Origin: Flavobacteriaceae bacterium UBA3478
Lineage (GTDB): Bacteria > Bacteroidota > Bacteroidia > Flavobacteriales > Flavobacteriaceae
Reading direction: 5' to 3'
Length of the DNA stretch: 64,000 nt
Assembly: GCA_002381155.1 (NCBI GenBank)
Contig: DFQX01000087.1
Span: 1,435 to 65,434, forward strand
This document shows, piece by piece, positions 1 to 8,783 of the stretch (its first letter is position 1; each line of letters starts with the position of its first letter). The notes beneath the pieces are model-generated. The model searched no databases and was not told where the DNA came from. It saw only the letters and a list, made by a program, of their open reading frames with translations. A program made the translations under genes and the position numbers.

Positions 1-1
1 C

Positions 2-1897
2 ATCGAGCCAGACAACCCATGGTCGTATATTGGCTATTGGGGGGATCACCAGATTATCTATCTTCTAAAATTCTTAGAATTCATTCAGCAATACTACCCT
101 GAGAAGTTCGATGAATACTTCAAAGAAGATTCTTTTGTATACGCCAATATCCCTTACCGCATAAAACCTTTTGAAGCTCTTATAGAAGACCCAAAAAACA
201 CTATCGATTACGACTACAAAAGAGAGTCTGATATTGAAAAGAGAAGGGAGCAAATCGGAGCCGATGGAGCCTTGCTTACGAATCCAGAAGGGTCAGTTTA
301 CCAAGTAAACTTTATTGAAAAGATTTTAGCAACCGTTTTAGCTAAAATATCCAACTACATTCCTGAAGGTGGAATCTGGATGAATACTCAAAGACCCGAA
401 TGGAACGACGCGAACAATGCCCTTGTTGGAAACGGAGTTTCTATGGTAACACTTTATTACCTCAGAAGATTCTTAGCTTTCTTTAAAGAATTAATCAGTC
501 AATCGGCGGTTTCTGAAGTTCAAATCTCGGTAGAACTGAAGAAGTGTTTCGATCAAATTCATAAAACGCTTGAAGACTCAGCTCATCTTTTAAAAGATTC
601 AATAAATGACCAGCAGCGAATGCAGGTTTTGTCAGGATTAGGAGAAGCAGCTAGTATCTACAGGCAAACTATCTATGATCAGGATTTCTCAGGAAAGAAA
701 ACCACCTTTAAAACAAGTGAGTTTTTGACCTTTATAGAGGTTGCTCTAAAACACCTTGAGTATTCTATAGAATCTAACCAGCGTGAAGACCAATTGTATC
801 ACGCCTATAACTTAATGACCGTAACTGAAGATAAAGGAGTAGCCATTAGCTACTTACCTGAGATGTTAGAAGGCCAGGTAGCTGTTCTAAGTTCAGGATA
901 TCTCGATACCCAGGCAAGTTTAGCCGTGCTCGATGCACTTAAGGCAAGTAAACTCTTTAGAGAGGATCAATACAGCTACGTGCTTTATCCGAACAAAACT
1001 TTACCTAGATTCCTAGAAAAGAATAACATCAGCCCAATTGAGGTTTCAGAGTCTGAGCTTCTCAGCAAGCTCGTGTTAGAAAGTAATAGAGATATAATAC
1101 TCAAAGATTGCGAAGGTGGATACCATTTCAATGGAAACTTTAAAAACATCCGATTCTTAAGAGATGCTTTGAACAACCTTCCAAATCACTATCAAGATTT
1201 GGTAGAAAAAGAGCAACCAAAAATCGAAGCTATTTACGAACAAATTTTTAACCATAAAGCCTTTACAGGAAGGTCTGGTACTTTTTTCGGTTATGAAGGT
1301 CTTGGTTCTATTTATTGGCATATGGTATCAAAGCTTAGACTTGCTGCTTATGAGGTGACCAAGAAGGCTATAGACCAATCCGCATCTGAGGTAATTATTG
1401 GTCAATTATTTGATCATTATTTTGAAATTAATGCAGGAATTGGAGTGCACAAATCTCCAGAACTCTATGGAGCTTTCCCTACAGATCCCTACTCACATAC
1501 CCCAGGTGGTAAAGGCGCGCAACAACCGGGAATGACAGGGCAGGTAAAAGAAGATATCCTTTGTCGATTTGGAGAACTAGGGGTTCGCGTATCCAAGGGA
1601 ATTTTAAGTTTTGACCCAACTATTATTCCTGATTCTGAGTATTTGAATAACGATCAAGTATTCGAGTACTACGATTTAAATCAATCCCTACAAAAGGTCG
1701 AATTATCAAAAGGATCATTAGCATACACCGTATGTCAAGTACCTATCATCTATACGAAGAATGGAGATGCTAAGATCACAATAGTATTAAACGATTTCAG
1801 CACAGAGATCATTGAAGGTAATTCGCTCAATAAAAAATACAGTGATGCGATATTCAATCGTTCCGGTGAAATCAAACAACTTATTATAAATATCTAA
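2..1897 (+). CDS. 5'-truncated large glycan phosphorylase-like protein (GH94-type catalytic region; candidate beta-1,3-glucan phosphorylase, GH149-like)
   Basis: Frame 2 is open from base 2, with no stop before the TTG at 272 where the ORF track begins, so the gene enters the window truncated. RPEWNDANNAL resembles the catalytic-Asp 'DWND' motif of GH94-type phosphorylases. HTPGGKGAQQPGMTGQ looks like a phosphate-site segment. It is the first gene of a co-oriented GH17/transporter cluster. Confidence 0.5.
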   Translation: MEPDNPWSYIGYWGDHQIIYLLKFLEFIQQYYPEKFDEYFKEDSFVYANIPYRIKPFEALIEDPKNTIDYDYKRESDIEKRREQIGADGALLTNPEGSVYQVNFIEKILATVLAKISNYIPEGGIWMNTQRPEWNDANNALVGNGVSMVTLYYLRRFLAFFKELISQSAVSEVQISVELKKCFDQIHKTLEDSAHLLKDSINDQQRMQVLSGLGEAASIYRQTIYDQDFSGKKTTFKTSEFLTFIEVALKHLEYSIESNQREDQLYHAYNLMTVTEDKGVAISYLPEMLEGQVAVLSSGYLDTQASLAVLDALKASKLFREDQYSYVLYPNKTLPRFLEKNNISPIEVSESELLSKLVLESNRDIILKDCEGGYHFNGNFKNIRFLRDALNNLPNHYQDLVEKEQPKIEAIYEQIFNHKAFTGRSGTFFGYEGLGSIYWHMVSKLRLAAYEVTKKAIDQSASEVIIGQLFDHYFEINAGIGVHKSPELYGAFPTDPYSHTPGGKGAQQPGMTGQVKEDILCRFGELGVRVSKGILSFDPTIIPDSEYLNNDQVFEYYDLNQSLQKVELSKGSLAYTVCQVPIIYTKNGDAKITIVLNDFSTEIIEGNSLNKKYSDAIFNRSGEIKQLIINI

Positions 1898-1901
1898 AAT
1901 C

Positions 1902-3185
1902 ATGAGAATAGTTAGTTCCTTACCAACAATTGGTAGAATAACTGGATTATTAGGAACCCTCTTCACTCTCCTGTTGGGGTTAATGCTATTCTCATGCGAA
2001 ACCAAATCAACAACTATGCAAAGCAAGACTGCTTCAGAACTTTTAGGCAATCCAAATTACCAAGCGATATCCTATGGAGGTTACCGAAAAGTAAGTAGAG
2101 AATTTCAGCCAACCTTAGACCAACTAAAAGAAGATCTAAGAATTCTTCACGCTATGGGAATTAGAATCGTTCGCACCTATAACGTACAACTTCCGCATGC
2201 CACCAACGTAGTTAAGGCCATTGCTGAGTTAAAAAAGGAAGACTCCAATTTTGAGATGTACGTAATGCTTGGAGCCTGGATCGATTGTGAAGGAGCATGG
2301 ACAAGCAGTCCTAACCATGAAAAAGAAGACTACGCCGCAAACAAAGCAGAGATTGAACGCGCAGTAGAACTCACTCGCGCTTATCCCGATATCATAAAGG
2401 TAATCGCGGTAGGAAACGAAGCTATGGTTCATTGGGCAGCCTCTTATTTTGTAAAACCTAATGTAATTCTTGAATGGGTAAATTATTTACAAACCTTAAA
2501 AACCAATGGAGATCTTCCCAAAGAACTCTGGATCACCAGTTCTGACAATTTCGCCTCGTGGGGAGGAGGTGGATCAGAATATCACAATGAGGATTTAAAG
2601 CGACTTGCCAAAGCAGTAGATTACGTTTCCATGCATACCTACCCGTTCCATGACACTCATTATAATCCTTCTTTCTGGAATATAAAAGCAGTGAAGACCT
2701 ATAAGGATACTAATGACGTGAATAGTCTTCTGATGAAGTCTGCAGTGAATTATAGCAAGATGCAGTACAAGCAAGTGTCCGATTATCTAAAATCTATCGG
2801 AGTAGATAAGCCCATCCATATCGGTGAGACTGGTTGGGCCAGTAAATCAGATGGATTCTACGGACCAGAAGGATCGAAGGCAGCTGACGAATTAAAACAA
2901 TCCATGTATCATCAGGGAATGCGTGAATGGACAGACACTGAAGGTATTAGCTGTTTCTATTTTGAGGCCTTTGATGAACCTTGGAAAAGCTCAGCTAACC
3001 CCAACGATTCTGAAAATCACTTTGGACTGTTCACCCGTGACGGAAAAGCAAAATACACCTTATGGCATCTAGTGGATTCAGGTGTATTTGAAGGTCTTAG
3101 TCGTGATGGTAAACCTATAACAAAGTCTTACAACGGAGAGTCTGCATTATTAAATAAGGATGTTCATCTTCCTGTTTTAAAATAA
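1902..3185 (+). CDS. GH17 family beta-1,3-glucanase/transglycosylase, lipoprotein
   Basis: Lipobox LMLFSC near the N-terminus. Clan GH-A motifs VGNEAMV (acid/base) and IHIGETGWAS (nucleophile) are typical of GH17. Confidence 0.8.
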   Translation: MRIVSSLPTIGRITGLLGTLFTLLLGLMLFSCETKSTTMQSKTASELLGNPNYQAISYGGYRKVSREFQPTLDQLKEDLRILHAMGIRIVRTYNVQLPHATNVVKAIAELKKEDSNFEMYVMLGAWIDCEGAWTSSPNHEKEDYAANKAEIERAVELTRAYPDIIKVIAVGNEAMVHWAASYFVKPNVILEWVNYLQTLKTNGDLPKELWITSSDNFASWGGGGSEYHNEDLKRLAKAVDYVSMHTYPFHDTHYNPSFWNIKAVKTYKDTNDVNSLLMKSAVNYSKMQYKQVSDYLKSIGVDKPIHIGETGWASKSDGFYGPEGSKAADELKQSMYHQGMREWTDTEGISCFYFEAFDEPWKSSANPNDSENHFGLFTRDGKAKYTLWHLVDSGVFEGLSRDGKPITKSYNGESALLNKDVHLPVLK

Positions 3186-3193
3186 AGAGAACA

Positions 3194-4213
3194 ATGATTA
3201 GAAATTTAAAAGCCATAATTCTATTGTTATTCGCAGGGCTGTCTTTTGGTTCTTGCTCGCTCATTGGAGATCAATCAAATATAGTCGGGGTAAAAGATCA
3301 TCTGCTCACCATTAACGATAGACCCTTCTTTATAAAGGGTATATGCTATCACCCTGTTGAGAAGGGTCATACGATGAGAAGTTTTGGGCAAATCGAAAAA
3401 GATCTGAAACTAATCAAAGCAGCAGGAGTGAATACCCTAAGAGTTTATGAACCCATAGCGTCAAGAGAAATACTCGATCAAATCTACGATGCAGGGCTAC
3501 GGTTGATCATTAGTTTCGGGTTTAACCAAGGAGGCGTTTATGACCTACAATCTGAGACCTATCTCGATTATGTAGAGATGTTTAAATCTCACCCAGCAAT
3601 TCTTCTATGGGAACTTGGAAACGAATACAACTATCACCCTGAGTGGTTCGGGGGATCGGTAGATTATTGGTATACGGTTCTCAACGAATCTGCTGCCGCC
3701 ATCAAACAAATAGACACCAAACATCCTGTAGCTACAGCGCACGGAGAAGTTCCGAGTGAAGACCTCATTCAACGATTAGATCAAATTGATCTGTGGGGCT
3801 TCAATGTCTACCGATGGGATCAACCTGGTACTGCGCTTGAAGAATTTTCTAAAGTCAGTTCTAAGCCGGTTTATTTCTCAGAGCTTGGTGCCGATAGCTA
3901 CATGACCATAGAAAATGAAGGCTACGCTTTAGGTTATAATGAGACCGCACAAGCAGACGCTACTCAAACGATTTTAGATCAAGTATTGACACCAAACACA
4001 AAGGCGACAGGCGCGATCGTATTTTCATTTACCGACGGATGGTGGAAGGCAGGTTCTCCTGAAACCCAAGATGTGGGCGGATGGACTCCAGGAAGTAGTG
4101 GAGTCCCTTACGATGCTACTGCAAATGAAGAGTATTGGGGAATCGTTACTTTAGACCGAGAGCAAAAAGAAGCTTATGAGGTCGTTAAAAAGGCCTTTAA
4201 GTCTTTCAGATAG
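3194..4213 (+). CDS. Clan GH-A TIM-barrel glycoside hydrolase/transglycosylase, lipoprotein (motif order resembles GH72; GH5-like not excluded)
   Basis: Lipobox SFGSC. Ordered motifs: RPFFIKGICYHP, AGVNTLRVY, WELGNEYNY, IDLWGFNVYRW, VYFSELGADS. Confidence 0.6.
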   Translation: MIRNLKAIILLLFAGLSFGSCSLIGDQSNIVGVKDHLLTINDRPFFIKGICYHPVEKGHTMRSFGQIEKDLKLIKAAGVNTLRVYEPIASREILDQIYDAGLRLIISFGFNQGGVYDLQSETYLDYVEMFKSHPAILLWELGNEYNYHPEWFGGSVDYWYTVLNESAAAIKQIDTKHPVATAHGEVPSEDLIQRLDQIDLWGFNVYRWDQPGTALEEFSKVSSKPVYFSELGADSYMTIENEGYALGYNETAQADATQTILDQVLTPNTKATGAIVFSFTDGWWKAGSPETQDVGGWTPGSSGVPYDATANEEYWGIVTLDREQKEAYEVVKKAFKSFR

Positions 4214-4233
4214 AAACCAAAACAATTAACGAT

Positions 4234-5655
4234 ATGAGTAATCAAAATTCAAACGGAGCATCTAGCGTTTCAATGGGACAAAAAATCGCATTTGGCTTTG
4301 GAATGCTCGCCAACCAGATGTTCCCCGCAGCCTTGGGTGTTTTCATCATCGTATTAGTACAGGATCTAGGATTCGCTGCTCTTCTATGGGGTATCATCCA
4401 ATTTGTACCTAGAATATTTGATGCAATCACAGACCCTATCATGGGGTATATCTCAGACAATACCCGATCAAAATGGGGACGTCGAAGATTATATGTGCTC
4501 ATCGGAGCTCTCATTATGGGATTAGCTTACATTTTTATGTGGCAGCTTCACAAAGATGATGGCGTGGTTTTTAACTTTATTTATTTTCTATCCTGGTCAC
4601 TGGTGTTTTACCTAGGGCTCACCATTTTTAGTGTACCCTATGTAGCTATGGGTTATGAGATTAGTGAAGATTTTCATGAACGCACAGAAATCATGGCTAT
4701 CGCACAATTCATAGGGCAATGGGCTTGGGTTATAGCACCATGGTTCTGGGTGGTTTTATACGACCCGAGTTGGTTTCCAGAAGGAGCCGATCAGGGGGTA
4801 AGAGAGCTTTCGATATGGGTGGCAATTCCTTGTACTCTTTTTGCAGCTATACCCGCATTATTTATAAAGACTACGTCTACCCTTGATAGAACCGATTTTC
4901 AGCCTATCAAGGCGATGAATGTTATCAAAAGTGTCAGAGGCATTTTCTCATCCGCCTTCGAAGCTTTTAAAATCAAGCAGTTCAAACAGATTGCATCTGC
5001 CACCTTTTTGATTTTTAATTCATTCAATGTCATCGCCGCTTATACCTTTTTGATTATTGTGCATTACTTGTTCAACAGCGACCCTGCAAGCGCAGGTACC
5101 TGGCCAGCAATGCACGGTTCGGTAGGAGCCCTGATTACAACCTTCTTGGTTATACCCATTGTTACCAAAATGTCGAAGAAGCTAGGAAAGAAAAAGGCCT
5201 TTATCATCTCTCAACTGATATCCATTGTCGGATACATTCTGTTCTGGTTCTTGTTTGTACCCGGTAAACCCTATCTATTCCTCTTCGCACTCCCCTTTCA
5301 TTCTTTTGGAATCGGAAGTTTATTTACCATTATGATGAGTATGACCGCAGACGTTTGCGATCTTGATGAACTAAATACCGGTAAGCGAAGAGAAGGCGTT
5401 TTAGGAGCTGTATACTGGTGGATGGTAAAATTAGGTTTTGGTATCGCTGCGCTTTTAGGCGGATTCTTTTTATCAGTAGTAGGCTTCGATGCTGAAAATG
5501 TAACCGAATCCTCAATAACAGGAATGCGAATGTTTTATACGCTTCTTCCCATCGCAGGAGTCATTGGTGCAATCTTAATCATGAAAAACTACGACATCAC
5601 TGAGGAAAAAGCAGCCCAAATCAAAAAAGAACTTAGCGCTAAAAAAGGAGAATAA
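4234..5655 (+). CDS. MFS transporter, glycoside-pentoside-hexuronide (GPH):cation symporter family
   Basis: About 12 hydrophobic segments. The N-terminal region ITDPIMGYISDNTRSKWGRRR is typical of MelB/GPH symporters. The gene is embedded between glycoside hydrolase genes. Confidence 0.8.
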   Translation: MSNQNSNGASSVSMGQKIAFGFGMLANQMFPAALGVFIIVLVQDLGFAALLWGIIQFVPRIFDAITDPIMGYISDNTRSKWGRRRLYVLIGALIMGLAYIFMWQLHKDDGVVFNFIYFLSWSLVFYLGLTIFSVPYVAMGYEISEDFHERTEIMAIAQFIGQWAWVIAPWFWVVLYDPSWFPEGADQGVRELSIWVAIPCTLFAAIPALFIKTTSTLDRTDFQPIKAMNVIKSVRGIFSSAFEAFKIKQFKQIASATFLIFNSFNVIAAYTFLIIVHYLFNSDPASAGTWPAMHGSVGALITTFLVIPIVTKMSKKLGKKKAFIISQLISIVGYILFWFLFVPGKPYLFLFALPFHSFGIGSLFTIMMSMTADVCDLDELNTGKRREGVLGAVYWWMVKLGFGIAALLGGFFLSVVGFDAENVTESSITGMRMFYTLLPIAGVIGAILIMKNYDITEEKAAQIKKELSAKKGE

Positions 5656-5658
5656 ACC

Positions 5659-6543
5659 ATGTCTATTAGAAGAGATAAAATACAATCCTTACTAGGAGTA
5701 GATGTTAAGCATCTGAATCAAGAGGATCTCAAAACCTCGAGCCGTAATCTTTTAGAATCTGGAATGCATGGAATTTGCTTTAGCCCGTATGAGGGTTCGC
5801 AGAAGCCTGGAGATCCTATTTCAGAAGAACAAATACGCCGTAAACTTAAGTTGTTGAGACCCTACACTCAGTGGATTAGAACCTTTTCTTGTACCGAACA
5901 AAACGAGACCATACCTAAATTAGCCAAAGAATATGGCTTCAAGACCCTCGTTGGAGCTTGGCTAGGTGAAGATCTCGAGAAAAATGAGGAGGAATTGCAA
6001 GGACTCATCGATCTATGTAACTCAGGGTATGTGGATATAGCCGCTGTCGGTAACGAAGTTATGTATCGCGAGGAACTATCAGAGGAAAAATTAATCGATT
6101 ACATTCATCAAGCAAAGCAGAAAATCAAAGGAATTCCGGTTGGATACGTAGATGCCTATTATGAATTCACCGACTATCCGAAAATAGTAGAGGCTTGCGA
6201 CGTCATACTGGCCAATTGTTACCCCTATTGGGAGGGTTGTAGTATTGATTATTCTCTCATCTACATGAAACAGATGTACCAGCAAGCTCAACGAGCAGCT
6301 GCGGGCAAACCGGTTATTATTACAGAAACCGGATGGCCTAGTCAGGGCGAATCTCTAGGAGCAGCAGTTCCTGGGTACAACAATGCACTAAAGTACTTTA
6401 TTGATGCAATTTCGTGGTCTAAAAAAGAGGATATACCGATGTTTTATTTTTCATCTTTTGATGAATCATGGAAGGTAAGTGCAGAAGGAAGTGTTGGAGC
6501 CTATTGGGGGTTATGGGATCAAAACCATCAACTCAAATTCTGA
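5659..6543 (+). CDS. GH17 family beta-1,3-glucanase/transglycosylase, no signal peptide (predicted cytoplasmic)
   Basis: Motifs AAVGNEVMY and IITETGWPSQG. The N-terminus is hydrophilic with no signal or lipobox. Confidence 0.8.
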   Translation: MSIRRDKIQSLLGVDVKHLNQEDLKTSSRNLLESGMHGICFSPYEGSQKPGDPISEEQIRRKLKLLRPYTQWIRTFSCTEQNETIPKLAKEYGFKTLVGAWLGEDLEKNEEELQGLIDLCNSGYVDIAAVGNEVMYREELSEEKLIDYIHQAKQKIKGIPVGYVDAYYEFTDYPKIVEACDVILANCYPYWEGCSIDYSLIYMKQMYQQAQRAAAGKPVIITETGWPSQGESLGAAVPGYNNALKYFIDAISWSKKEDIPMFYFSSFDESWKVSAEGSVGAYWGLWDQNHQLKF

Positions 6544-6547
6544 GGAG

Positions 6548-8032
6548 TTAACTGAACGCGTCACGATTAGGTAAGGTGTGCTTACTCAGCACCCGTTTAG
6601 CATCAGAAACAACTGCAATTTCTTTTTGAAGACGGTAAAGCTTTTCACTGGCTTCTTTTCTCGCCTGATCTAAATCTACGATAGGGTTTGGATAATCGAT
6701 CCCCTTTCTGAAGTCGTAAAAGATCTCATCCATCGGAGTAAGCGCTGCAGGATTATGAACGAAAGCTTGAGGCAAGTTAGCTAGTTCAGGGACCCACTTT
6801 AAAATGAAAACTGCATCTGGATCGTGCTTCACACTATTCGATAATGGGCTATAAATTCTAATCTGGTTAATCCCTGTTTCGCCTGCTTGCATTTGTAGTT
6901 GCGGATAATGAATTCCAGGTTCAAAATCTAAAAACTGTCGCGCCAAATGTGGACTAATCACTTGCCAAGGTAGCCAAAGATGGTGAGTAGCAAAAGAAAC
7001 TAGAAGTGCACGCATTCTAAAATTAAGATATCCTGTTGCGTTGAGGCATCGCATCGCCGCATCTACAAGTGGCACCCCGGTTAACCCTTTTTCCCAAGCT
7101 TCTAAAAAAATGGTGTTTACTGGCTTGTTCAAGGTGAGATATCCTCGGTTTACCGGCTCGAACTCTATGCGATCTTCCATCTCAAATTTTTGAATAAAAT
7201 GAGCCTGCCAGCGGAGCCTTGATCGAAATGACGATAACGATCTTTTCGGCTTGGCATCCCCATACACCCTTCCCGTAGCTTTAAACACCTCTTTAACAGA
7301 TAAACATCCAAAGGCGATATATGGAGATAGTCTACTGCAGCTAATTCGAGAATCTAACGGCTTAGAAATATGTTTATTATAATTTTTGTAGCGCTCGTTT
7401 AAAAAGCTGTTTAAATAGCGCAACCCCATATTTCTTCCGCCCTTTTGGCGATCGATAGACCGGTCTTCAGGCAGTGTTAATAGGTTCATTTCATTCTCTA
7501 CTTGAGAAAGCATCGTGCTGCTAACGACAGATTTTTTTGACCATAATGGATGTGATATCGAAGATTCCATGAAAGCCTCCCACCGATCTCTCCAACCCAA
7601 TCGATGTTTGAGACCACGCTCTACCCCATTCGTGTTGAACTCTAGCCATGGGATATTTTCTTGTGCTAGTATCCTGGAGAACCTTTTGTCTCGATCGAAA
7701 GTGATTTTTAAACCCGTTTCTCGATAACTATAAACACTAGTTATTTCAAAGGTTTCGCTGAGCCGAATGAAGTTATCTGAAACTGAGCCATACATCTGTA
7801 ACACACGAGCATCCACCGATTGTAAAAAACCATCAAAGTCTTTCAAACTCTCAGAAATGAAGTGCCAGTGTCTTGCGCTATAGTGTTTATCACTGAGCAA
7901 TATCGGTTCGAAATTATACCAAAAAATTACAGGATAGCCCGAATCAATAGCCGCTGAAATCGGCTCGTGATCTTCCCAACGCAAATCACGTTTTAACCAA
8001 ACTAAAGCAACCTTTGGTCTGTTCTTTCTCAT
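6548..8032 (-). CDS. Cryptochrome/photolyase family protein (FAD-binding)
   Basis: N-terminal VWLKRDLRWEDHEPI (photolyase alpha/beta domain). C-terminal TGVPLVDAAMRCLNATGYLNFRMR (FAD-binding-7 signature). Confidence 0.8.
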   Translation of the reverse strand: MRKNRPKVALVWLKRDLRWEDHEPISAAIDSGYPVIFWYNFEPILLSDKHYSARHWHFISESLKDFDGFLQSVDARVLQMYGSVSDNFIRLSETFEITSVYSYRETGLKITFDRDKRFSRILAQENIPWLEFNTNGVERGLKHRLGWRDRWEAFMESSISHPLWSKKSVVSSTMLSQVENEMNLLTLPEDRSIDRQKGGRNMGLRYLNSFLNERYKNYNKHISKPLDSRISCSRLSPYIAFGCLSVKEVFKATGRVYGDAKPKRSLSSFRSRLRWQAHFIQKFEMEDRIEFEPVNRGYLTLNKPVNTIFLEAWEKGLTGVPLVDAAMRCLNATGYLNFRMRALLVSFATHHLWLPWQVISPHLARQFLDFEPGIHYPQLQMQAGETGINQIRIYSPLSNSVKHDPDAVFILKWVPELANLPQAFVHNPAALTPMDEIFYDFRKGIDYPNPIVDLDQARKEASEKLYRLQKEIAVVSDAKRVLSKHTLPNRDAFS

Positions 8033-8049
8033 AGCTAGTCTAAAGATAA

Positions 8050-8065
8050 TGTAACATAGGTTACT
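8050..8065. promoter_or_regulatory. Candidate Crp/Fnr-type operator TGTAACATAGGTTACT, upstream of the regulator-sulP operon
   Basis: A 16-bp near-palindrome lying 21 nt upstream of a TACCTTTG -7 box. It is one of four related sites in the cluster. Confidence 0.55.
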
Positions 8066-8086
8066 AATAAGGATGTTCGCTAATGC

Positions 8087-8094
8087 TACCTTTG
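8087..8094 (+). promoter_or_regulatory. Bacteroidota -7 promoter box TACCTTTG (regulator-sulP)
   Basis: Matches TAnnTTTG. A second match, TATTTTTG, lies at 8115-8122. Confidence 0.45.
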
Positions 8095-8147
8095 AACCAC
8101 TTTTGATTTTAACCTATTTTTGAAAGAACACCTATTCAATAGATAAC

Positions 8148-8780
8148 ATGCTTACCGATCTTCAATCTGTTTATGGATCACTTCTTGAAGCCTCTCTACT
8201 TCAAGAGATCAACCAAGTGGGCACCTACAGACAAATACAGGCAGGAACCGAGATCATCAGACCGGGAGAGTATATTAAAAGTATTCCCCTTTTAATCTCA
8301 GGAGCCATTAAAGTAATTCGTGAGTATGACGACGGAGAAGAACTTCTTCTTTACTATGTCGAAGAAGGAAATACTTGTTCCATGTCTATGGCCTGCTGCA
8401 CCGAACAAAAAAGAAGTACCATTAAAGCGATGGCTGAAGTTGACACTCTTTTAATCGTGATTCCTAATCAAAAATTAGAGGAGTGGATAGGTAGATATCC
8501 GAGATGGAGAAGTTTCATCTTTGCGAGTTATCAAAATCGCCTCGAAGAGATGCTATCTAGTCTTGAGAAAGTAGCGTTTGAACGATTAGATGAGAGACTT
8601 ATTGAGTACCTTAAAGAAAAAGGGAGAATCAATGGTGAAAACAGTATTCACCAAACTCATAAAGAAATCGCAGATGAGCTTCATAGTTCTCGAGTGGTAA
8701 TCTCGAGGTTACTTAAAAAATTAGAGAACCTTGGTCATATAAAGCTGCATAGAAACCATATTGAACTTCTTGATCTTTAA
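8148..8780 (+). CDS. Crp/Fnr family transcriptional regulator
   Basis: 210 aa with a beta-roll effector domain followed by a C-terminal HTH (THKEIADELHSSRVVISRLLKKLENLG). It heads the sulfide oxidation cluster. Confidence 0.8.
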   Translation: MLTDLQSVYGSLLEASLLQEINQVGTYRQIQAGTEIIRPGEYIKSIPLLISGAIKVIREYDDGEELLLYYVEEGNTCSMSMACCTEQKRSTIKAMAEVDTLLIVIPNQKLEEWIGRYPRWRSFIFASYQNRLEEMLSSLEKVAFERLDERLIEYLKEKGRINGENSIHQTHKEIADELHSSRVVISRLLKKLENLGHIKLHRNHIELLDL

Positions 8781-8783
8781 GTA

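Noticed and set aside
985-1176. Short antisense or nested ORFs from the six-frame track. Examples: 985-1176, 1787-2050, 2229-2432, 4242-4514, 11428-11721, 22216-22452, 22852-23169, 23595-23885, 45030-45311, 49744-50244, 54480-55051, 62167-62394, 62841-63110.
   Set aside because: Each lies wholly inside a longer ORF that has clear family motifs, on the other strand or in another frame. They are low-complexity or mirror-biased in composition and have no promoter box or recognisable motifs. I treat them as chance ORFs.
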